64,000 bases of DNA from Bacillales bacterium UBA4278 (GTDB taxonomy: Bacteria; Bacillota_I; Bacilli_A; RFN20; CAG-826): positions 848 through 64,847 of the forward strand of contig DGVS01000007.1 in NCBI GenBank assembly GCA_002395065.1, written 5' to 3'. Numbering within the stretch: the first letter of the stretch is position 1; each line of letters opens with the position of its first letter. Below the pieces are notes generated by a model. It saw nothing but the letters and a program-made list of their open reading frames with translations, did no database searches and was not told the origin of the DNA. Made by a program: the position numbers and the translations under genes. Positions 29,319-37,142 of this stretch are shown here, piece after piece.

Positions 29319-29990
29319 ATGGATGAGATTGCAAAACGAAAGAAACTTATTGAAAAACTCTGGATTGTTGTTGGAAACACAGGAATTGGAGCGGTTGTTT
29401 TAGGCTTAATTGCTTTATTTATTGGACTAAGAAATACAAACTCAAGTACTTTATTGTATGTTTTCTTTTGGATCTTTATCGCATTAGGAATTATTGCTTT
29501 AATTGGCTGTGTAGTTGCATTAATTGTTTGTCTCAAACTTGGTAGTAAAAAAGCCCTCAGAAAGTTAATTGAACCAGAAATTGCTGGTAAAAATAAGAAA
29601 AGAGAAGTCTTTGTAGTAGCTGGTGCAATCATTAAAGATGGTTATGTTTTTGCTGCCCAAAGAGGTAATAAAGGCGAAACAAAATTTAAATGGGAATTCC
29701 CAGGCGGAAAGATTGAGCCAGGTGAAACTCCTGAACAAGCTTTAGCCCGTGAATTACTTGAAGAACTAAAGATCAAAGTGAAGGTTTATGAGCGAATCAC
29801 AAATATTGTTGATGAGTACCCAACCCAAATCCTTCATATTGATACTTATCGTTGCGAGCTTCTTGAAGGCACGCCAACATTAACTGAACATATTAATATG
29901 GCGTGGTCAAACAAAGAAGAACTCGATAAACTCGAATTTTCCAAAGCCGATGCCCCAACATTAGACAAAATTAAGAAACTTTATTTATAA
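29319..29990 (+). CDS. membrane-anchored NUDIX hydrolase (MutT/8-oxo-dGTP diphosphatase-like)
   Basis: 223 aa. The N-terminal ~95 aa carry two predicted TM helices. The C-terminal domain has the Nudix box GGKIEPGETPEQALARELLEELKI and a MutT-like fold pattern. Confidence 0.8.
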   Translation: MDEIAKRKKLIEKLWIVVGNTGIGAVVLGLIALFIGLRNTNSSTLLYVFFWIFIALGIIALIGCVVALIVCLKLGSKKALRKLIEPEIAGKNKKREVFVVAGAIIKDGYVFAAQRGNKGETKFKWEFPGGKIEPGETPEQALARELLEELKIKVKVYERITNIVDEYPTQILHIDTYRCELLEGTPTLTEHINMAWSNKEELDKLEFSKADAPTLDKIKKLYL

Positions 29991-30020
29991 AATTTTAAAT
30001 TAGTGTATACTTATCGCAAC

Positions 30021-30103
30021 GCAGTGGTGGCGGAATTGGTATACGCGTGGGTCTCAGAAGCCCATCCTGATTCAGGTTGCGAGTTCAAGTCTCGCTCACT
30101 GCA
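30021..30103 (+). tRNA. tRNA-Leu (anticodon CAG)
   Basis: 83-nt class II cloverleaf with a long variable arm and anticodon loop ctCAGaa. The 3' flank is ACCC, so CCA is not fully encoded. Confidence 0.8.
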
Positions 30104-30116
30104 CCCACGATAAAAC

Positions 30117-30198
30117 GCCCACGTGGTGAAATTGGTAGACGCAAAGGACTCAAAATCCTTCGGAGAAATCCATGTCGGTTCGAGTCCGACCGTGGGCA
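30117..30198 (+). tRNA. tRNA-Leu (anticodon CAA)
   Basis: 82-nt class II cloverleaf. The acceptor gcccacg pairs with cgtgggc and the anticodon loop is ctCAAaa. The 3' flank is ACCC. Confidence 0.8.
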
Positions 30199-30207
30199 CC
30201 CAAAACG

Positions 30208-30233
30208 GAGATTGTATTCAATCTCTTTTTTGT
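30208..30233 (+). terminator. rho-independent terminator
   Basis: Stem gagattg pairs with caatctc around the loop tatt, followed by TTTTTT. Confidence 0.7.
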
Positions 30234-30366
30234 TTGATAACACAAATTTTTTAAATTTTTTCACCAGCAATTCTCCAATAAATTGACACAGTACAATTAT
30301 TTTTCTTTACTAATTCATAATATATGAATAAAATTATCGTGCTTTTTTTAAAAGTGAGGTTAGAAC

Positions 30367-31548
30367 ATGGATTTATTTTCAAAGTATAAAAACCCATTGC
30401 TTGAAATGGCTCGTAAGGAAGGCATTTACCCATACTTCCACGAATTACAGTCCAGACAAGCCCCAGAAGTAGTTATGGAAGGCCATCGCATTATTATGCT
30501 TGGTTCGAATAACTATCTTGGTTTAACCGAAAATCAAAACGTTATTGATGCCGGAATCAAAGCATTAGAAAAGTATGGTTCTGGTTGTTCCGGTTCCCGC
30601 TTCCTTAATGGAACTTTAGATTTACATAAAGAACTTGAGAAAGAAATTGCTGAATTCTTACACAAAGAAGATGCTGTTACTTTTTCAACTGGATTCCAAT
30701 CCAACTTAGGTATCATCTCTGCCTTAGCTGGTTTTGGTGATTACATTTTAAATGACCGTGAAAATCACGCTAGTATCTATGATGCTTGTAAGTTAAGTTA
30801 TGCAAAAGTTTTACGTTATCGTCATAGCGATATGGAAGATCTTGAAAGACAACTTCAAAGTATTCCTCAAACTGCAGGCATTTTAATCGTTACCGATGGC
30901 GTCTTCTCTATGAGAGGTGATATTTGTAAGCTTCCAGAAATCTGTGCATTAGCAAAGAAATATGGCGCTCGTGTCATGGTTGATGACGCTCATAGCTTAG
31001 GCGTGTTAGGCGAAGGTGGCCGTGGTACTGCATCATACTTTGGTTTAGAAGACCAAGTTGATGTCATTATGAACACATTTTCTAAATCACTTGCCTCGAT
31101 CGGCGGATGTATGGCTGCTTCTAAAGAAGTCTGTGACTATGTTCGTCACTGTTCTCGTCCATTCATTTTTAGTGCTTCCTTAACGCCAGCTTCGGCTGCT
31201 TGTGCTTTACAAGCACTCCGTGAATTAAAATCTCATCCAGAAATGGTTAGCAGATTAAATGAACTTGGAAATTATTGTAGAAAAGCATTCCAAGATCGTG
31301 GACTCCATATTGTGGAGGCACAAACTCCAATCGTTCCAATTTACACCTACACACCAAAGAGAACATTCATTATTGCTCAAAAACTCTTTGCAAAAGGTGT
31401 GTATGTTAACCCAGTTGTTTCACCAGCTGCACCAGAAGGTGAATGTTTATTGCGTGTTACCTTAATGGCTTCGCACAATGAAAAACTCATTGATGAAGCA
31501 GCGGATATTATTGCTGAAGTTGTAAATAATGAAAAAACAGAAGACTAA
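30367..31548 (+). CDS. PLP-dependent alpha-oxoamine synthase, serine palmitoyltransferase-like
   Basis: 393 aa with GSNNYLGL, GSGCSGSRFLNGT and DDAHS motifs. The PLP-lysine context is NTFSKSLASIGG, with the Lys codon at 31084-31086. SD is GAGGT. Confidence 0.75.
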   Translation: MDLFSKYKNPLLEMARKEGIYPYFHELQSRQAPEVVMEGHRIIMLGSNNYLGLTENQNVIDAGIKALEKYGSGCSGSRFLNGTLDLHKELEKEIAEFLHKEDAVTFSTGFQSNLGIISALAGFGDYILNDRENHASIYDACKLSYAKVLRYRHSDMEDLERQLQSIPQTAGILIVTDGVFSMRGDICKLPEICALAKKYGARVMVDDAHSLGVLGEGGRGTASYFGLEDQVDVIMNTFSKSLASIGGCMAASKEVCDYVRHCSRPFIFSASLTPASAACALQALRELKSHPEMVSRLNELGNYCRKAFQDRGLHIVEAQTPIVPIYTYTPKRTFIIAQKLFAKGVYVNPVVSPAAPEGECLLRVTLMASHNEKLIDEAADIIAEVVNNEKTED

Positions 31549-32323
31549 AGTCGTTGTAATTACTGGTGGATCAAGCGGTATTGGCTTAGCCACAGTAAAA
31601 CACTTTGCATCAAAAGGACATGTTGTCTATGAACTCTCTCGTTCAGGCAAATCTTTTGATAGTGTTAAACATATCTTCTGTGATGTAACAAAAGAAGAAA
31701 CCGTTCAAGAAGCCATCAGCCAAGTTATTGCTGAACAAGGACACATAGATGTCTTAATTAACAACGCTGGTTTTGGCATCTCTGGACCAATTGAATTCAC
31801 CAAATTAGAAGACGCAAAAAAACAATTTGATGTGAATTTCTTTGGTGCGCTAACTGTTGTTAAAGCAGTAGTGCCGTATATGAGAAAAGAACAGAAAGGT
31901 CGCATTGTTTTTGTTTCTTCTGTTGCTGCTGTCTTCTCGATTCCATTCCAAAGCTTTTATAGTGCTGCAAAAGCAGCTATGAATTCTCTTACATTGTCGC
32001 TTGCTAATGAACTTCGTCCATTTCATATTTCAGTCTGTGCTTTGATGCCAGGAGATGTTCAAACAGGTTTTACTGCCGCTAGAGAAAAGAGCGTGGAAGG
32101 TAGTGAAGTTTATACTCGTTTAGAGAAGTCAGTGAAGACAATGGAACATGATGAAACACATGGAATGGCTCCTGAGAAAATGGCAAAGAAATTATATAAA
32201 ATATCCAGCAAATCTCGGGTAAAACCACTTTATGTTGGTGGAGGCAAATATTCTTTCTTCTGTTTCTTAGCTAAAATTTTCCCCACCCGTTTCTTTAACT
32301 GGGTTGTTGGAAAACTTTATTAA
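31529..32323 (+). CDS. classical short-chain dehydrogenase/reductase (candidate 3-keto-amino-alcohol reductase)
   Basis: 264 aa with ITGGSSGIG cofactor and YSAAKAA catalytic motifs. Its start overlaps the upstream gene by 20 nt. Confidence 0.8.
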   Translation: MKKQKTKVVVITGGSSGIGLATVKHFASKGHVVYELSRSGKSFDSVKHIFCDVTKEETVQEAISQVIAEQGHIDVLINNAGFGISGPIEFTKLEDAKKQFDVNFFGALTVVKAVVPYMRKEQKGRIVFVSSVAAVFSIPFQSFYSAAKAAMNSLTLSLANELRPFHISVCALMPGDVQTGFTAAREKSVEGSEVYTRLEKSVKTMEHDETHGMAPEKMAKKLYKISSKSRVKPLYVGGGKYSFFCFLAKIFPTRFFNWVVGKLY

Positions 32324-32398
32324 TTGATTTGCCTCGAAAAATTTCAAAACTAAGTATTGAAATATATAAGTGAATCATTTAATATAATCACGCCCTCT

Positions 32399-32474
32399 GC
32401 CGTCATAGCTCAGCAGGTAGAGCAACTGTCTCGTAATCAGTAGGTCGATGGTTCAATTCCGTCTGACGGCACCA
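32399..32474 (+). tRNA. tRNA-Thr (anticodon CGU)
   Basis: 76-nt cloverleaf with anticodon loop ctCGTaa. The 31:39 position is a U-U mismatch. CCA is encoded. Confidence 0.8.
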
Positions 32475-32482
32475 AAACACTC

Positions 32483-32558
32483 GGGTGTTTAGCTCAGCTG
32501 GGAGAGCATCTGTTTGACGTACAGAAGGTCAGGGGTTCGAGCCCCTTAGCACCCACCA
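32483..32558 (+). tRNA. tRNA-Val (anticodon GAC)
   Basis: 76-nt cloverleaf with anticodon loop ttGACgt. CCA is encoded. Confidence 0.85.
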
Positions 32559-32569
32559 GAACATAAAAT

Positions 32570-32596
32570 CTCCAGTGATTGCTGGAGTTTTTATTT
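32570..32596 (+). terminator. rho-independent terminator
   Basis: Stem ctccag pairs with ctggag, followed by TTTTTATTTT. Confidence 0.7.
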
Positions 32597-32652
32597 TGCT
32601 TTTATTGTGTGCGTGTTATAATGTAAGCGCATTAAAAGGAAGGTTTTTTCTT

Positions 32653-34137
32653 ATGAAAGTATTAAAAATCGTCTTAGCAATCCTCATTCCAGTTGCGGTT
32701 GTTGCTGCTATCCTACCACTAGTTTATCCACTAGTATCACCTTTACCTGGTTATGAGTTTGATTTTGGCAAAATTTTTGAAACTCTTGGTGATGTTTTCA
32801 ATGATTTCTCACGTGCAATTAAACTATTTGGACTTGCTATTGTAATCATGCTTGTCGCTCCAATTGTTGGATCGCTTTTACTTGTCCTTTGGATCGTTTT
32901 TGGAATTGTCAAAAAACGTCTCATTGGTATTTTATTCGGATTTATCGCTGTTATTGCATTAACATTCGGCGCTTTAGGTGTTCTTGTTGATGCTACCTTT
33001 AATGCTTATGCTGTTCTTACGGAAGTTGATAATACTGGCTATGTGATTATGCAATACGTCGAACTCGGCGCAATTGTCTTATTCATTGCGGCATTTGTTG
33101 TTCATGTCATCATTATGTTTAAGGCCGCTAAAGCCCGTAAAGAAGCAAAGAAAGCCGCTAAGGCTGATAAAGCAGGATCTTCTTCTGATAGTTATGAAAT
33201 CGATTATAACGATCTCCCACCAATTTTATTTGAAGAACACAAAAAAGATTCCGATCCTGAACTTGTTCTACATAAAGTGGAACATATTGAAGTTGGTCCA
33301 AATCATGTCTTAAAAGGACACTATGTTCGTGATGATGAAATTGAAGCTTTATTAGCATCAAAACGCTTCTCTCATGAAGATGAAATCCCAGAAAGCATTC
33401 TTCACTTCCTTGATTCTAAACATGAAGCCGAAGAAAAAGGAATCGACCTTCCAATGTTTGATCCTAACTTTGTTCCAACCCGTGAAGAAGATGAACTTCT
33501 CACTGAAGAAGAAAAATTCGTTCTAGAAGCTCTTCGTAATTATCAACCAAAAGGCTTTGCTGAAGAAGAACTTCCACCAAGTGTGAAAGTTGAACATAGA
33601 GCAAAGGAAGAAGAACCTGTTGATGAACGTATCGTTGCTTTCTTAAATAGTAAGCCAGTTGAAGAACAAGTTGAAGATCTCCCAATTTTTGATCCAAAAT
33701 TCGTTCCTCAAAAAGAAGAAGCAGAAGCTCCATCTTTAAGTGAAGAAGAACTCGGTGTTGTTGCTGCAATGGCTAACTTTGAACCAAAGAAAGAACCAGC
33801 AGAACCTGAATATTTTGGCGTCAGCGACGAAGAATATGTTGATCTTCCATTCTTCCGTGAACACGAAGAAGAACCAGTTGAATTTATCGAGGAAATTATT
33901 CGTGTTAGAGATAACCGAGAAGAAGAAGTTGATGCACCAAAATTAGCTAGTTCTAAACCAGTGCATATCTCAAAAAATAAAGATGGTAAATATCAACTCA
34001 AACAAGTTGGTGAAGAAAAACCATTTGCTGAGTTTGATTCCGAAGAAGAAGCCATCAAATATGCTGAAGCCGTCAAACGTGTGAATGGAGTCTCTGTTCG
34101 CATCCATGACGACGAAGGTAAAATTCGTTCTCTTTAA
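32653..34137 (+). CDS. polytopic membrane protein with an acidic repeat linker and a C-terminal DUF2188-like domain
   Basis: 494 aa from ATG 32653, with SD AAGGAAGG; the ORF-track start at 32575 lies in the terminator. It has about 5 N-terminal TM helices and a repeated DLP[MI]FDP[NK]FVP...N[YF].PK unit. The tail is KPVHISKNKDGKYQLKQVGEEKPFAEFDSEEEAIKYAEA...VRIHDDEGKI. Confidence 0.6.
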   Translation: MKVLKIVLAILIPVAVVAAILPLVYPLVSPLPGYEFDFGKIFETLGDVFNDFSRAIKLFGLAIVIMLVAPIVGSLLLVLWIVFGIVKKRLIGILFGFIAVIALTFGALGVLVDATFNAYAVLTEVDNTGYVIMQYVELGAIVLFIAAFVVHVIIMFKAAKARKEAKKAAKADKAGSSSDSYEIDYNDLPPILFEEHKKDSDPELVLHKVEHIEVGPNHVLKGHYVRDDEIEALLASKRFSHEDEIPESILHFLDSKHEAEEKGIDLPMFDPNFVPTREEDELLTEEEKFVLEALRNYQPKGFAEEELPPSVKVEHRAKEEEPVDERIVAFLNSKPVEEQVEDLPIFDPKFVPQKEEAEAPSLSEEELGVVAAMANFEPKKEPAEPEYFGVSDEEYVDLPFFREHEEEPVEFIEEIIRVRDNREEEVDAPKLASSKPVHISKNKDGKYQLKQVGEEKPFAEFDSEEEAIKYAEAVKRVNGVSVRIHDDEGKIRSL

Positions 34138-34145
34138 TCTGTATT

Positions 34146-34172
34146 AAAAGCTCACTCTATGTGGGCTTTTTC
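34146..34172 (+). terminator. rho-independent terminator
   Basis: Stem agctcac pairs with gtgggct (one G-U pair), followed by TTTTT. Confidence 0.6.
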
Positions 34173-34175
34173 TAT

Positions 34176-34249
34176 GCACCTGTAGTTTAGTGGTAGAACA
34201 TCAGCTTCCCAAGCTGATTGTACGGGTTCGATTCCCGCCAGGTGCTCCA
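34176..34249 (+). tRNA. tRNA-Gly (anticodon CCC)
   Basis: 74-nt cloverleaf with anticodon loop ttCCCaa. CCA is encoded. Confidence 0.8.
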
Positions 34250-34282
34250 AAGAAGAAATGCGTTTCGCATTTTTTCTTTTAG
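34249..34282 (+). terminator. rho-independent terminator
   Basis: Long stem aaagaagaaatgcg pairs with cgcattttttcttt around a 3-nt loop. Confidence 0.6.
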
Positions 34283-34327
34283 GTGAGAAAATATGCTAAA
34301 ATAGAAGAAACATAAGGAGATTAATTT

Positions 34328-34612
34328 ATGCCATCAGCACGCGAAGTCGCAGAATGCGTCAAAGACTATTGCCGTCGAGCAAACTCATTTATTATCCATA
34401 GCAACGATGTTCAAATCTATGAGTGTGGAAGTTACGTTTTAATTAATGTTACTTATTATTTGGTAAAAGCTAATGTTGAAGCTGATCGTTCCAAAGCAGA
34501 AATGGAAGTCATTGGAGCACGGGATACAGCCAGAAAAGCAGTTAGTTATGTGAACCAAGTTTACTCAGGTGGACCATACCAATTAGGCGATGTTTCCGTT
34601 GTTGAATTATAA
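34328..34612 (+). CDS. hypothetical small protein (94 aa)
   Basis: It has a TGCTAAAAT extended -10, an AAGGAG SD and its own terminators. I recognise no motif. Confidence 0.55.
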   Translation: MPSAREVAECVKDYCRRANSFIIHSNDVQIYECGSYVLINVTYYLVKANVEADRSKAEMEVIGARDTARKAVSYVNQVYSGGPYQLGDVSVVEL

Positions 34613-34661
34613 ATAACAAACAAAGTTCGTTATATATAACTTTATCTTTAGATAAAGCAGT

Positions 34662-34700
34662 CAAATAAACACATAAAAGTGTTTGTTTGATTGTTTTTAT
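34662..34700 (+). terminator. rho-independent terminator
   Basis: An 11-bp stem, caaataaacac pairing with gtgtttgtttg, followed by a T-rich tract. Confidence 0.6.
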
Positions 34701-34752
34701 TTATAGAATATTTTAGAATATTCTTTCACTTTAGCGGTGAAAAAGGAAATCC

Positions 34753-37122
34753 ATGATGAAAAAGAAACTGTTCGCCTTACTTCTCGCTACCGTTCTTTTG
34801 GCAGGTTGTACTGCTGGCGGAACTGGAAAAAAGAAAAAGAAAAAAACTGATGTTGTGACATCGGTAACGCTCAATCGTTCTGAGCTGACTTTTAATTTGA
34901 ACGAAGAACATCGTTATACTGTTGAAACTCTGATTGTCACTGTTAGTGGTGAAGGAGATTTTGACCAAAGCGTATCTTGGACAACATCCAACGATTCCGT
35001 TGCTACTGTTGATAACGGCGTTGTTAGCGCAGTCGATTTAGGCACAGCCACGATTAAGGCTCAATCTAATTCTAATAAGGACACTTATGCCTTATGCGAG
35101 ATTAGTGTTGTTAACGATATTCCAGTTATTGAATCAGTTTCTATTTCACCAGAAAGTCCAACACTTGATATATATCATTCCAAGACTCTTCAATTAACCG
35201 CTGAAGTCAAAGGCAAAAATGGTCCAAGTCAACAAGTGACGTGGTCTAGCAATAGCAGTGTCTTTAGTGTTAACCAAAATGGTTTGATTACTGCAACCAA
35301 AGAAGGAACTGGAACTGTTACAGCAACTTCTGCTAAAGATACATCCAAATCATGCACAGTGAATGTCACTGTTGCTGACTCTACACCAAAGGTGAATAGT
35401 GTCACGATTATGGATGGTACATCTGCTGCAGGAAATAATTACGTCTTAGATATTTATACTGCAAATCAAAAAACCAAGGAATTTACTGCTAAAGTTGATG
35501 CAACTGCTGGAGTTTCTCAAGAAGTTATCTGGGAAAGCTCTGATCCAACTAAAGTGAGTGTTTCTAATGGATTAGTGACCGCTCTTCAAAAAACAGTTAC
35601 TCCAGTCACAATTACAGCAAAATCTAAATATGATACTTCAAAAGTAGATACTATCAACGTTACTGTTAACGATAGTACACCACGTGTTACAAATGTAACA
35701 GTTGCATTATCTAGTTCAACTGTTCGCTTAAATAAAACTACAACAGCATCATACAGTGTTGATGTTGTTGGTGGATTAGCAAAGACTGCTACATGGTCTT
35801 CATCAAACACCAGTGTTGCAACAATTGATGCAAATGGAAACATTTCTCCAAAAGCGCTTGGTAAAACCAATATTATTGCCACTTCAACTGCTGATACAAC
35901 AAAGTTTGGCCAAGCCTCTTTAGAAGTTTTAGAAGCCAAAGAACAAGATACATATACAATTATGCTTTATATGTGTGGTTCTGATTTAGAGTCAGGTCAA
36001 AGTTACTATTATGGAAATAGACCTGGTGGTGGCGGTTGGCCAGGCGGCGGCGAATGGGAAGATGAAGGTAATGGTGGTGCTGCTAGTAAAGACATTTCTG
36101 AAATTTTAGCTGCAACAAACACTCAACCAGACGACGTAAATATTTTGATTGAAACTGGTGGCGCGAATTCTTGGTCATCCGATTATGATTATGGTATTCA
36201 AGAAGATAAGCTTGGACGTTGGCACGTACAACAAGAAAACCTCGTAAATGATGATCAATTAACTTATGCTTCAATGGGTTTAACATCAACACTTCAATCA
36301 TTTATTGAATATGGAATTACTGAATATCCAGCCGATAAGATGGCGTTTATTTTCTGGAACCACGGAAACGGACTTCAAGGATGTTGCTTCGATGAAAGAA
36401 AGGACGATGACTGCTTAACCCCACTTGAGGTTCAAAGTGCATTTAAGGGCGCGTTCTCGAAAACTGGTTACAAAGAGAAATTTGAGTGGATTGGTTATGA
36501 TTGCTGTTTAAAACAAAACTTTGAAGAAGCCATTCTTAACTCTGAATATGCTAAATATCAAGTAGCTTCGCAAATTTCCGAGGCTGGCGATGGTTGGTAT
36601 TATACACCATGGGTCAATGCTTTGTACGGAAACAAGAACATTGACACAAGCACATTGCTCACATCAATTTGCGATAACTTTGTTAATTTCTATAGTGCTT
36701 CTGACCAACTTGGATCAAACAACGTTATGACCCTTTCTTGGCTTAATTTATCGAATGTTGATGCTTTTGTTTCTGCTTTCAATACCTATACAAGTAACAA
36801 CAATCTCACTGCCTACTGTTCAACAGTAACTTCAACAAAAAATTATACGATTACATTTGAAAGTGATTTAAGATGTTACGATTTAGGAAATGTTTTAACA
36901 CAATTAGGTGGTCCATTAGATGTGACTAGTAAATTTAGTCAACTGGTTGGCTATAAAAAATACATTGATAATGTTTCAGAAACAGAAGAATGGAACATTA
37001 GTTATAAAACATATAAACCATCGGGTTTAAATATTTTCATTGGTTCAGCCAATAGTTATATTTCAAGTTCATACTATTCGCAAGTTGCTTCAGCATTAAC
37101 GAATTGGATTAAAACAAATTAA
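34753..37122 (+). CDS. surface lipoprotein: 4-5 Big_2 Ig-like domains fused to a clostripain-like (peptidase C11) domain
   Basis: 789 aa with signal peptide and lipobox LLAGC, then a K6 run. Repeated V.SV.I....L.......L.A.V......V.W.SS...VA.V...G.V.A...G.A.I.A units mark the Big_2 domains. The C-terminal part has YTIMLYMCGSDLES, FWNHGNG (His) and GYDCCL (Cys). Confidence 0.7.
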   Translation: MMKKKLFALLLATVLLAGCTAGGTGKKKKKKTDVVTSVTLNRSELTFNLNEEHRYTVETLIVTVSGEGDFDQSVSWTTSNDSVATVDNGVVSAVDLGTATIKAQSNSNKDTYALCEISVVNDIPVIESVSISPESPTLDIYHSKTLQLTAEVKGKNGPSQQVTWSSNSSVFSVNQNGLITATKEGTGTVTATSAKDTSKSCTVNVTVADSTPKVNSVTIMDGTSAAGNNYVLDIYTANQKTKEFTAKVDATAGVSQEVIWESSDPTKVSVSNGLVTALQKTVTPVTITAKSKYDTSKVDTINVTVNDSTPRVTNVTVALSSSTVRLNKTTTASYSVDVVGGLAKTATWSSSNTSVATIDANGNISPKALGKTNIIATSTADTTKFGQASLEVLEAKEQDTYTIMLYMCGSDLESGQSYYYGNRPGGGGWPGGGEWEDEGNGGAASKDISEILAATNTQPDDVNILIETGGANSWSSDYDYGIQEDKLGRWHVQQENLVNDDQLTYASMGLTSTLQSFIEYGITEYPADKMAFIFWNHGNGLQGCCFDERKDDDCLTPLEVQSAFKGAFSKTGYKEKFEWIGYDCCLKQNFEEAILNSEYAKYQVASQISEAGDGWYYTPWVNALYGNKNIDTSTLLTSICDNFVNFYSASDQLGSNNVMTLSWLNLSNVDAFVSAFNTYTSNNNLTAYCSTVTSTKNYTITFESDLRCYDLGNVLTQLGGPLDVTSKFSQLVGYKKYIDNVSETEEWNISYKTYKPSGLNIFIGSANSYISSSYYSQVASALTNWIKTN

Positions 37123-37142
37123 ATTTTAGAAAGGAATAACTT

